DNA of 64,000 nucleotides from Kudoa neothunni (lineage: Eukaryota > Animalia > Cnidaria): contig OZ199838.1 of NCBI GenBank assembly GCA_964304625.1, positions 336,148-400,147 on the forward strand, given 5' to 3'. Below the pieces are notes generated by a model, which searched no databases, was not told where the DNA came from, and was given only the letters and a program-made list of their open reading frames with translations. A program made the position numbers and the translations under genes. Within the stretch, counting starts at the first letter, position 1. Each line of letters starts with the position of its first letter. Below, piece after piece: positions 12,178-25,447 of the stretch.

Positions 12178-14721
12178 CCTTCCGAGCGCTTTGGGGTCTA
12201 ATAGACCCCAAAGCATTTTGTGTTACTAATTTTATATACTTATTGGAATCAGATAAAATTTATATCTGATTTATTCTCCTACAATGAACACATGAATATT
12301 ATAATACTTTATTTTATAAAAATATTACAGTTATAAGGGAAATAAATAAACTTTATACACTTTGTGCTTTTTGGGGTCTATTAGACCCCACGTTTTTTAT
12401 TGTCTCAAACAACTGTAAAAACTATTATATGCATTATCTTAAAATTAAAACAGATTCTATCAAATCAATTAAAAGAAAATAACGAAACAAACGACGACGA
12501 TGATTCTCGAGGAGTACCGAAGCGAACGACCGTAGATATGAATGCATCTGATGATGTATATTCTGATAGTTGTGAAAGTTACTGCAGTGAATCCGTTGAT
12601 GTGGAACTGTATAGCGATAATTTGTCCGATTCTTTCGAATCTTATGATAATGATATTGAATCCCTCGATGTATACTCCGACAAAAATGGTGTAATATGGA
12701 ATACTGAAGTCCCGAAAACATCGAAAGTGTGCAAAGAAAATATTTTAAACAAAGCTCCGGGTGTTACTGCTTATGCAACACATAGAATAAAAGGATTTGT
12801 TGATTGCTTAGATATATTTTTTGATGACGGCATTTATGATACCATTTTACGAAATACAAATAAATTTGGCTCATATCACTACAGTCGATCTTGGAAACAG
12901 TTATCAAATGTGGAATTATGCGCCTACATAGGTGTGCTGATATATCTGGCGATATTTAAATCAAAATTAGAGTCTTTAAAAACACTTTGGAGTAAGGATA
13001 AAGGTAGGGAAATATTTAGAAGTATCATGCCTTTGAGAAGATTTATCGAAATTAAAAGAGCACTACATTTCGACGATTATACAACCAGAGCCGAAAGAAA
13101 ACCAGCTGATAAGTTTTGCCAAATACGGGAAATATTTGATAAATGGAAAGAAATTCTTCCTATTTGTCTTGTTCTTAATTCCAATTTAACTGTTGATGAG
13201 AAACTGGTTGCTTTCAGGGGGGAAATGCCCTTTCAAGAAATATATGCCTTCTAAACCGGCTGTGTATGGAATCAAATTTTTCTTGCTTGTTGACCCATCA
13301 ACGAACTTTTGTCACAATATCTCAATTTATCTTGGAAAACAAAATAATCAAAGAGCAAAATGTTTAGGTGAAAATATAGTGTTAGACCTTGTGTCTTATT
13401 TAAAAGACAGTGGTAGAAATATTGTCGCTGATAATTATTTCACGTCAGTTCCCCTCGCCAATAAACTATTAAACCTCGGTGTGACTATGGTTGGAACCAT
13501 TAGGCCAAATAAAAGAGACATCCCCGAAGTATTGAAGGCAAATAAGTCAAGGGAACTTAATAGTTCACTTTTCTTTTCCATGGGAAAAAATGTTAGTGTC
13601 TTACGTCCCAAAAAGAAATAAGTCAGTTATACTTTAGGTAACCTCCTCAGTAAATAAAAATGTGACTTATGACGAATGCAAAAAAACCTGAAGTCACTAC
13701 ATATTACAACAAAAATAAAGGTGGTGTGGATACTGTCGACCGAATTCTCGCTTCGACTAGTGTTAAAAGATACTCAAAACGTTGGCCAACCGTTGTTTTT
13801 TTTAATGTTTTAGATATCAGCCTAATAAACTCATTTTATCTTTACAAAGCCGTATTTAATGACAACAAAATTAGGAGAGAACAGTTTCTGGATAAACTTG
13901 CGGACGAATTTGTCAAACCATTTGTGCTAGAAAAAAATGTGCTGGTTAAAACTCAACTATTACCAAAATATTATCCTATTCCTTTGCCAAATTGCCGAAA
14001 AGATGTGCACTGTGTTCAAGGAACAATGACCGAAAAACTAAGAATTCGTGCTTTATTTGTTTAAGATTTTGTTGTGAGAAACACTCTCAGTTTGTCTGCG
14101 TTGATTGCTCAGCAGATAATAGAAATTAATATTCTTTGATGATGGTTTTCTATCATTTCACCTCAAGTAATTTGAGATTTCTCTCAATTAAAATTTAAGT
14201 TGCATGTAGGGTCATTCGAATTCGCTGGAACCATTTATTAATTATATCGACTTCATTAATTTAGAATGACTATTTTAATTCTTATGAATAATAATAACAA
14301 GATATTTATTTAACGGAAAACTGTAAAAATCTATATGCGTATGTAACTAAGAATACTTATTAGAATATTTGATAAGTTTTCTACTAAATCATTCAGGTTT
14401 ATAATGTTAAAATATTAATTAAACGATCAAATCCCCCTGAAATCAATTTATTTTGTGAATGAGAAACGATTATTATCAGACGGGATTGGGGCGAAGTAAC
14501 CCTAAGAAGGAATTAAATCTATCGTGATGCGTTAATCCCACTCGTACATTGTCGTCATTTAATATTTTTACAATAGTGTCTAAATTCCTCGATAGAATTT
14601 TTTTCAAATTTACATACGAGATTAAAAAAAACTATCGCCTTTAATGAGCAAATAAAAACCTGGGGTCTAATAGACCCCAAAAAGCACAAAGTGTATAGTG
14701 GATTTTGAGGCGCTCAGAAGG
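12178..14721 (+). mobile_element. piggyBac transposon, near full length, transposase frameshifted (ORFs 12400-13254, 13193-13621, 13669-14064)
   Basis: TIRs CCTTCCGAGCGC / GCGCTCAGAAGG with TTAA-type flanks and repeated GGGGTCTAATAGACCCC palindromes. Motifs TVDE, YMPSKPAVYGIK, ADNYFTS, YNKNKGGVDTVD, RWP. Confidence 0.95.
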
Positions 14722-14725
14722 TTAA

Positions 14726-15076
14726 AGAGACAACCAAATAAAGACGCCAACCTTATATATAAAGATAGATAGAAGCAGTTAATGAATATATGATGGAGCA
14801 TATAAGGGAGATAGTTAACTTCGGCGGACTATAACCATGAAATAACTAAGTGCCAATCCTATAGTTGAACTTATTTAATCCAAAAAACAAACTTTAAATC
14901 GACAAAATCACTATTTCATAAATACTTTTTGGAAACTTTAGTCGTCCGAAAACAATTGAACGATTTTTTTAAATATCACAAATTTATAAAAATTTTATAT
15001 ATGGCTCTCTATAAGGAAAAAATTATCCGCACATGCGTACTTAGGGGCATACACACAAACAAACATACCGACAGTC

Positions 15077-15112
<36 letters not shown>
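14726..15112 (-). mobile_element. Non-autonomous Helitron-like repeat, 5' part, ending in (CT)n(AT)n
   Basis: Reverse-complement match to 36446-36830 and a weaker match to 28040-28180. Confidence 0.65.
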
Positions 15113-15113
<1 letters not shown>

Positions 15114-15234
15114 AAGGAAAGGATGATACGATTCATTATAGTTGAGATCTTTGCGCATGCGTCGGAGAGTTTTCTTTTTATGAGATAAGATAGTTTTAAA
15201 CTATTAACAATAATATTTTAATAAAAACCTTTAA

Positions 15235-17116
15235 CCCTTCGTCACACACGCAAAAAAACTTTACGCGGTTACACGCATGGGGTCCATTGGACCCCATCAA
15301 AAAGAAACAGTGATTTAATACTAATAAATAGGGAAATCAATTATTTTTTAAACAGTTATTGCAAATGATATTTAAATGCATTTTACAGACAAATTTTGAG
15401 CATGTCTGACAACTTGTTCTTGTTTTTTTATCATGTAAACGGGTGCATAATTGGCATCTTCCTCTGTCAACGAGAGAGATTCTTGGTTCCATATTGACAG
15501 GTTTTTGGATTTCTACTAAATTTAAGTTTAAAAAAATTATCAATGTATTTACCTTTTTTATTCAACTGAGGTTATATTAATTGCATACTCAACGACTTCA
15601 AAAACTCCTTCCGACGAATAATTTTATCGGCCTTGATGCAATATATAACATATGCATTTATTGCTACAATATCTAGAAGTGTATGAAATATGACAACAGG
15701 CCATCTTCTTGTAATTCGATAAGTAGAGTAGTTCCCGCACATTTGATCTATTGTATCAACTCCACCCTTTGTTGAATTGTAAAAAGAGACGATCTCTGGT
15801 AGCTTTTTAGGATGGTTCAAATCAACGGTTGACTTGTGGTGAAACGAACTCAGCAGTGTAACGGCTTTGTTTCTTTTGGGGACATAAGGCACTAAGGTTA
15901 GATCTTCGTAAATGAAAAAGATGAGTATTGTTCACGTGTTTTTGAAGCCAGGAATTCAGGAGGTATTTCTTTCTTGTTTTTTCTAATGGTACCACAAGCA
16001 GTTATTCCATTCATTAATAATTCCTGAAACAATGGAACTGATGTAAATCAGTTGTCAACAATGATGTTTCTTCCTGAGTCCAGAATTGGTTGAAACAGGC
16101 GCATAACTAAACTATGGGGTGAGTTGTCAACTTTATATGGGGCGCTATTCTGGGCTCCCAGGTAAACTTCAAGATTAAGAGTGTAAAAAGTTTTAGAATC
16201 ACACAGGTTAAAAATCTTAATCCCATATTTCGCTGGCTTAGAAGGCATATACTGTTTAAAAATACAGCGACCCCGGAATGATCTAAGTATTTCATCGATC
16301 GTCAAACATTCGGTGGGTATATCATATTTGATGAAATTAGAATTTATTTTATTAAAAATATCTCTAATTTTTGACATTTTATCTTGATTATTTTCATTTG
16401 AATTACTTGAACCAGTTGCAAAACATAGACATGTTTTTAACAAGGAAAATCTATTCTGGTTGAATATTTTTTTGTAAATTGGAAAACCAAAGGCGTCATC
16501 TGCTCATAATTCATTCAAATGAGTAAGATTTACTTTCTTCACGCCAAGAAAATAGTGCAAACCAATGTAAGCTTTTAATTCACACATATCAAATGCCATA
16601 CAATCTCGCGATCGTTTGTAATTTGGTTGGATGTTTCGAAGGTAGTAATTGATACATTGCAATATTTCACTTAATATATTCACAGTGATAAATAAACCCC
16701 AAATTTAAGATTCAGATTCCACATCATCAGAAATTTTTACTCCATGTTTATCCGTTATAATGTCGTGTTTTCTCTTTCTTGAAAATAATCCCACAGGCTT
16801 TTAGTTCCATTCAAAATTTTTGGAGTATAACAAATGTTCGCTATCATCTAAACCCTTTATTTAAGAAATATTTATTTCTTTTATTATATTACTTTTAGAT
16901 GATACATCAGAGTTTGAATCATTGCTTTTTTCATCATAACAATCATCAAAATCATGTTTTAAAAATTTTCCAAAGTCCATTTCTTATTTTCATTTTGAAG
17001 AAAACGTTAAAAAACATGAATATTTTAATTTTAGTGTTATTATAAAAAACACAACGATAGCTATTTGCAGATTGAAATCACGTGGGTCCATTGGACCCCA
17101 TGCGTGTGACGGAGGA
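15235..17116 (-). mobile_element. piggyBac transposon with decayed transposase
   Basis: TTAA on both sides and TIRs CCCTTCGTCACAC / GTGTGACGGAGGA. Motifs TIDE, YMPSKPAKYGIK, YNSTKGGVDTID, and the C-terminal Cys-rich domain RGRCQLC...CQTCSKFVCKMH...CNNC. Confidence 0.95.
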
Positions 17117-17568
17117 TTAATGGAATTAATAACGATAATGTATGGAAATAAATTACACTTTTTAAAACGGCGCCATGTTTTTTTGAATACATATTCTAAT
17201 GGTTAATTCATTAAAATTATCGTTAAATTGTATTTAAATAGATAATAATTACCATAACGTTTTAAATATATTTCAGAGAAAATATTGAAAATAAAGAACC
17301 GTGTAAATGCAATTTTTTCTCATGTTCATTTAAATTTTAAATGAACATTAGGCACGAGAGGTTTAATAAATAGGAATTAAGAAGTGATGCGAAAAATAAA
17401 TGTTGTTAAGAGTTTATATTTTTAGAAAAAAATAAATCTAAGTTCAATATGAAAAGATATTAATAGTTATCTATTACAATTATTATAATTAAAATAATGA
17501 AAAATTTATTAACTAAATTTTATAATAATATTGGTAACTAATGTAATGGATGATGAATATATCAGTTT

Positions 17569-20500
17569 TTATAGATCGTAAGAAATTTCCTTAGAATTTT
17601 TTCTGTAAACAGCTACACCTATCACAACCAAAAGTGAAACCACGATGGGTATCATTGCATATAATCTAAGAAAGCTTATCTATTACAAATATGTATATTC
17701 TATTACATGTAACTTCCAACAGACCTATCTAATGTCAAACATGAAAATATAAATGTAAATTACGAATAACTATTCTTTGCAGCATCAAAATTGTGATTGT
17801 CTTTACTATCTACAATGTTTCTTTTTTATCAGATCATTAAATTAAAATAATTTTACTAAATAAAATCTTATAAATATGACATGAAAATTGTTTTTACCCT
17901 TTCTCAACCTTTTCTACTACTTTTTGAACGATATCATCTACTACAATGTTGGCATACTCACTCCTAATGTTTTCTCCTCCTATAAATTTTTTATTCCACA
18001 AGGATTTTTTATTTAATTTACTAGAGAAATCATTTTAATTATATATTAAATAATTGGAATTTAATTACCCTTTCATTTGACCTATTCTTGAGTCTTCGCA
18101 AAATATATTATTAGAAAATAAGGATTATTTAATAATTTAAACAAAATATATATACACTGAATACTATATTTGTTATAGAGTGAGTAATCCTTTGCTTTTA
18201 ATTTCAATATGTAATCTTTTTCCCTCGACAAATTATTGATGTTAACGATACACTTATTAGCAGAACATTCTTCATCATCATTACACCATGTAACAATTTT
18301 TCCCTCCTGATTGTCTCCAGTCTTTTCCTGAATCATAAATGGACATTTTGAATTATCATCTTTTCCGTCGAAACCCACTTCAATTCTTAAGTCACTATCT
18401 CCATTCAACGAATGCTTAAGTGAAATAGTACCATTTACTAAATAATATTATTAAAACATAAGATTATTGATTATGAATACTTGTCTCAACAGAATACTCC
18501 TTATGTATTTTGCCATCAGATGGTTCGACGATTACGTTGTAAGTCACTCCTAATTCTAGGTTGACAATTTTGAACGTAGCATCACATCTATTCTCGCATG
18601 CTCCCATTCCATCACACGAAGCCATATATTTTGGATCTGAGGCCCCACTTTTTTTAACATATATTCTGCAGACCGGCGAGTAATTATCGGTTCCAAATGG
18701 TGTTATTGTAGCTGTGGAACTTTGTATGTTTGGTTTTGAATCATTTGCAGCTAAAGTTCCTCCCTCAGCTAAATGTATTGTTAAACTTTAATGTTTAAAT
18801 ATGCTTCTACCTGTTCGGAATGTTGTTTTCTTGGTATATCCATCAATCCCAATGTTGTTTACCGTTACGGAAACCACATAATTTGTACCCGCCTCAAGCT
18901 CATTAATTGAATACGTCGCTTCACAACTAGTATTACATACACCAGTGTCCTTACATCGAGCTTTTGTTTCAGCCGAAAAAGTATTTGCTCGACGTATTGT
19001 AATTGTACACACTGAATTAGATTCACTAGTCTTCATAGTCTGATAGACGTTAAGTCCGGTAAGAATGACTGCCGTATCCTTAATGTCGCTTATATTTATG
19101 CCACTGTCATTTCCTATAAAACATTATTTATGAATTAAAATCCAATGTTACTTTTAAAGTATTGTTTGAATCCACCGGTATCAAACCTTCGTTTAACAAT
19201 TATTCCAATTTTATCAGTTGCATCTGTCAAACTGATAAAACCATCTTGGCAAAGATGGAAACACTCTTTTTTCTCCCCGGTACATCCATTAAGGACATCG
19301 CTTTGTTGATCTGAGCCATTTTCATCTACCTTGAATACCTTGATATGACAAATCTCGCCATTATATGGACCAGGAGAGAATTTTATTTCAAGTTCCCTAT
19401 TGTCATTAGCAATTCTTGAAACAGAATAAATGATTTGAGATTTTAGAGGGGTCTCAGATTTCACGTAATTATTATTTATGTAATATAATATTCCAGGCCA
19501 TAACAATGTTGAACTCACATTATAATAACTCATATATCTATCAAATGGAAGAGAAGCAGTTTTAACGTCTGTAGTCTCGGAATAACTTGATGTCGCTAAT
19601 GAAGTCTTTTGTGTATCGCTATGTTTATCATCGTTTCCATCATTTTGTATACTCCATTCAGTTATTGAGTTAGATTTGTATGAGAAGCTAACTTTGCCGC
19701 CAATATGAGATATTTTATAAGTGTTATCTTGTTTGTAATCTATAAATATTATTTAGATTTTAAAGTAAAATATTATTTATTTTAATTACTCATTATTATT
19801 GGGAACACTTGAACTTTTTTACATTTTTTGGCTTCTTCTTTGTCTGCGTCGTAACAAACTGATATATATCGATCAACTTTTGAATTAATATATCCGACGT
19901 TAAGATCACTTCTGGTGCATTCCACCAAACAATCACCTTTATCGTCGTCTGTGCAGAGTTGTGGCTTTTTAAATACAGTTCCCTCAAAATTAACTATCTT
20001 TATTACACACTTATTGGTATTAGGAAAATCTTTCAATGTAATTGAGAATTTCTCTGCTTCTGCATCCAAAGATTTTATAAACTTTTGTTCAAGTTTTCCA
20101 CGTCGAATAAAAGCTATAAATGTATGTCAATGTAAACTTCTGTGTAAATGTTACCTGGTATCGATAGCTTGAATGGTGAAGATTTTTTGTCTGCATAAAT
20201 CATCAACCTGTAGTTATATTTGTTATCGTAAATATCATTATCAAATTGGATTTCATTGCATTTTTTAACATCACGATTATTACAACCAATGCAAGACTTC
20301 ATTATTTTCGTGAGTGAAGCTATATGAAGATAATAAAAATAATATGACACTACTACTTTCATTTGTTTCATGTTTATACAGCTGGTAGTAACAGTTTGTA
20401 GTGCTTGCCCAACTTGAAGTTTGTTTCATTTGTATTATAAGCTGGTTCTTCTTGGAATTATTTGAAATTACAAATTCAATTGTTTCACCGCCTATTAATT

Positions 20501-23500
20501 ATTTATTCTTTCATTAAATATATAAGTAATGACTGTTGCTTGTTTTTTTGTTTATAATTAGAAAGTTATAGTTTCCACTAGGAATAATTTTGAGATCGTA
20601 AGTAGTATCGGAGTTAAGTCCAGTAATGACGAACTGTGAGTCGCACGGTTTTACACACAACTCCTTTAATGAACAAATTGCGGGGTAATACAAACCACTT
20701 TTCTCTTTTAGATAGATGGTACAAATTTTTTCTGGAGCCACTGAACTTTGGGTAATTGTGATTCCGTTCGCACTGATAGAGATTGAAGTGTCTGCAATGG
20801 AAACTTGGTTGCTTTGATCTGAATATATATTTAAAAAAAGTTTAATTTTACTAACTACTTATTTTATGGAAAAAATATTTCCTTGGTGAGTAATTTGGTA
20901 TCTCAGTTATGGTTACCATAACATCATTATGCAAATGAGATGGATCGGGAGTAATTTTCACTTCCCCAAAGCTACAAGCTGACGATGGATTACTCACATC
21001 TTTCCTTTCGATTTCAGTAACTAATGGAGCATATGTGTTCCATAACTTTACCGAGCATTTAACAGCCTCATCAGTAAGGTTCTCACCATCATCATTTTTA
21101 TCTTTCCCACTGATGTCGATTTTAATTTTCGTTTGTTCGGTTGTCACAGAAATATCGTTTCCATGTTTCACTAAAAATTCCAGATTATTTATTAAATATA
21201 TCTAAATCTTACGTATGTGTATATTATTTTGATAACCAATAGTAGGTTTCATTCCTAGTTTTAGCACCCTTATTTTAACCGCCTTTACACTCGACTGCAC
21301 ATTTCCAAATTTGTAGCTGTTGCACATACTGATAAAACAGTTTTCCATATTGTTACATTCACTCGAAAAAAAACTGTTTGAATTTGATGCTGTGGCGTCT
21401 ATCCATTCGAATGTGCACATTTCAGATGGTTCTGGGTTAACCAGTTGAACTGTAAATGCATTGGGTTTTTTATCAATTTTTAATTCGTAATAAAATCTAC
21501 TGAAAATTGGGGCGTGATTTTTAACAAATGTATTGTCATAGAAGTAATGAAAATCGAAATATTTTGGGCAGCTTATATAATAATCTTCTATTAACTCATC
21601 GAATTGAATCGAATAACTTTGGAAATTACACTTATCGTTGACAGTTTGTGGTTTCACCACAGAACTTTGCTTTTGGGTATCTTTGAATGAATTGCATGAT
21701 AATGAACATTTACTTAAACCCAATTGTATATTGTCGCCTTCTAATTTAGCTGTGTGAGTAAGTTCTTCGAAATAATCTTCAAAAAAATGATTAATTTTAT
21801 TACGAAATTTTATATTACCTATGTAGTATGAATAGACATTTCCTATTTTAATTTCGACTTCTATCGATGTTTCTGGTGGTTTAGTTTGTCCGGTTTGTAA
21901 AGAAGTCGGAGGTAAACTTTCTTTTTTTTCCCCTTCCTCGTTATGTTGACCTAAAGGTAGGCCATTACCCTTTGTGCCCGATTTCGCAATGAATTGTTTA
22001 TTAATACTTGATTTTCTCATAGTTTGTTTATTTTTAGTTTTCTTGTCTGAATAAGTGACAGAAATATAATTTGGTTTATTAGGACTATTAAGATCAATTT
22101 CAAATTCCGTTAACAGTAAGTTGCATTTTTTTGAAGTTTCTTCGCCAATTTTTACATTGGAATAACTCAAAAGTTTATCTTCAGATTTCTGGACTGTGCA
22201 TACTTTATCCATCTTATTAGTTATTTCATTATTCTTGAATTTTACCTTGTACTTTTTTTCTAATTCATTATGATGAAGAATCATTCCGTGGTTTCCTTCA
22301 TCAATATCACCTATAAATATAAAATTAATATTTCTATAAAAGAGCAGTTACATTCTAGAATTTTTTCTGCTGGTTTAGAATAATTTAAATTTATAACAAC
22401 TAGTTTATATTTAGCATCGCAATTGAGAAACTCCCATGAGAAATCTATTGTGTTAGCTCCAGGCGTTATAGGGGGATCGCATGCGCTATTCAAACAATCC
22501 TTGATAATTTTGTTAGAATCTTGCTCCAGTAGAATGTATGCCCAAGAAGGTCCTAATGTTTGACCTGCAGTAGCAGTTAATGTAGCCATTGTTGTCTTTC
22601 CTCCTTTATTTGTTGAGGTATCTATTGTTATTTCGGTTCCAGAAGCTATTTAAATTCATTATTATTAGAAAAATAAAAATAAATTACTTGATATTTCATT
22701 TCTATCAATACAATTATATCCTTTCGGACAAACAGTTATTTTGTACGTTGTTTTAGGGTCAAGATTTATAATATTGAACTCATTCTTACAAGTATCAGAA
22801 CAAAATTTTTTATCATTACCTTCTTCACATGTAGCAGGATATATTATCGGTGCATCATTTCCAGTGAATGAATAAAAGAGATCACATTTTGCGTCATTAC
22901 TTTTGTCATCAGTAAATAAATTTGATAGAGTTAAAGTCAGCTTATTATGTTGGTTAGAAGTGATGCCTGGCGTAATATTTCCATTGTTTATTAATTCATC
23001 CCCTATTTGAAGTTATTAATATAAGGTTAATGTTTAAAGTTACCTTTAGTTTTGAAATAATAATAACGATGATAATAATTAACTTCAGGAGAATCTAACG
23101 TCTTTAGACCTCTTATTTTAATTTTTAAAATGTATTCTGTTAACGGCTGAAGCGAATTCAAATTGATAGGTTGGAATGCTTTACACTCCCCGCTACACGT
23201 AGGATCTTTCCAATTATCTTTAATTCCCAGATTTTTCTCAATTATTTTAACTTCGACGATACCTACTCCGTTTACAACACTATTGTCGCCCTCATTTGTT
23301 TTTAAATTAGTTAAATCTAAAGATGCCACATCCTTTCCAATGTCAGTAATAGTAGGTTGACTACCGACTACAGAATCGATGAGAAACATTAGAAAAATTA
23401 CAATTTACATGTGATAGTTTGAATAAACTCTTTGGATGTCATCTTGTTTAGAGGTTTTACAAGTACTTGAACGAATTTCAAAATTGGATGATGTTGATGA

Positions 23501-24460
23501 TATAAGGTCGCTTTGTAGCAAGGTTGAAGGCATGGCCCAGCTCTATTCATATCTGAGCAATTGGAGGAAAAATGAGAGTCATTAATATCTTTTATTCCAA
23601 AGTAACAAATTTGCGAAGGTTTTGGATTTTGGAGTGTAATTGTATAAAAATAATTAGTGGTTCCTTTTGACCCTGTTGCAATAAACCAATCCTCATCGAG
23701 GTTTTTTGGGCTCAATAAAATTTCTGGTGGGTGATTGTCGACTTCAACCACGTACGTTGGTTTATATGATTGTGAAGGCAATGTAATAGACTTGGGCGTG
23801 TAAAAAGTAGTCGAAGATCCTTGACTACTTTTTAAAAGGAGATTTTCTTTGACAGTCAAATCGAGGCTTTCTTTACTTCGAACTGAAACAGTGAACGTAC
23901 TATTTGTTTTGTTTGCTGTCAGTAAACTCTTTAAGTAAAGATCTATTTTATTATATTAAAATATTATTAAATAAGTTAATATACCTTTTATAGCAAAAAC
24001 CCTCTTGATAGGGCAGTTTTTTTACATCATTACCATTCTTACCTTGACACCATTTTATGAATTTAATGGTTTTAAACTTTGCATCACTGAGATTTAGTTC
24101 GACTTTTTTACATTTGTAAATACACATCTTTGAATCATCATTCATTTGCGTACCACCTATGTCCGTATTGCAGTTAGAGACGTCAACTTTCTCCCTATTT
24201 CGTCTATGGTATTGGAGAGCGCAATATTTGGAGCTATTCTCAATATTGTACCCAGTAAGTGAAATAATATATTTGTTTGAAATGCGTGAAAAATCCACTT
24301 TCATTATATTATTATCAATATTATCAGAGATCACATTTTTTGCACATAACACTAATAACGATTAATCTATATATATATATATATAATCTCAGAGAAAATT
24401 ACGACTGAAAATGACGAGATATATTGTAGAAGCATATCGTTGTCTCAATGACAATCTCAT
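17569..24460 (-). CDS. Surface protein paralog 2; apparent +1 frameshift in an A7 run at 24017-24023 (exon 2)
   Basis: Same exon series as copy 1. Signal peptide MRLSLRQRYASTIYLVIFSLLCA; TM plus RKNSKEISYDL*. Confidence 0.85.
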
Positions 24461-25447
24461 CGTCGTTAGCTTCCTAGTTGTCAATTAATAAAAAATGTTT
24501 TGTTTAAATTTATATCGATATGAACAGAGGAACTCAACTGACTAATTATTCATACGTCCAATTCAATTAAAAAACTACAAACCTCGATCTTCCGAAAAGA
24601 TAATAACAATTCATATGCGACAAAATTTTATGTGAATAGACAATCATCTTTTCGAGCATCATTAATTGTTTCTGATGCCCAAACTATCACGTTCTTCATT
24701 TACTCCAACAATTTTTATATAATATACAGGAAATATTTTAACATTAGTGCGAACTGCCCAACGTTGCTTGGGGATGATTTCGTCTAGAGACGTTTTTAAT
24801 GGCATTCAAACTAAAATTGAAGTTTCAAATTAACCCATAGAAACAAAAAACTAAAAATGTTTAAGCAATATACTTTAACGATTTGGATTATGAAATTTAA
24901 ACTATGATCATTTCTTTGAATGAGTGTTCCAATCTCGGCGTTCATGTAAAAATTTCGTGACTCGGCACCAAAACTAAATAATTTAACATAAATGTCGTAT
25001 TTAATTTGCATCCCGAATTATTTAAATTCCATAAAGTGCTATTTAAAACATTTTTTGGGTCGGAGGATTTTTAAAAGTCGAATTCTGGCCCGGCTCGGTA
25101 ACTGTGTGCATCACTAACTTTTTAAGAGATAAAAAAATAGGAAAAGTAATAGAGATAGAATAAAATGTATGAAGATTAATTGATATTGCTAAAATTAGCA
25201 TCGCTTGGTCCGGCAAGAGCTTAACGTATTTTTTCCCCATAAACAGTCATAAATCGCGCCAGCTTTAACACAAGAAATTTAAATAATTTGGTGAAATAAA
25301 AGTACAGCCATCTACATTGAATTTAATCAAGGAAAGTTAAACTTAGCGGACGATTTTAATGAAATCTACGGACGCAATTTTTCCATTATAATACTCCAAT
25401 CAATGAAATTTTAATGTTCCCCACTAATTCGTTATTCAAGAAACATA

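Noticed and set aside
12192-17100. Recurrent palindromes as CRISPR repeats or terminators
   Set aside because: They are not regularly spaced and sit at piggyBac subterminal positions in eukaryotic DNA.
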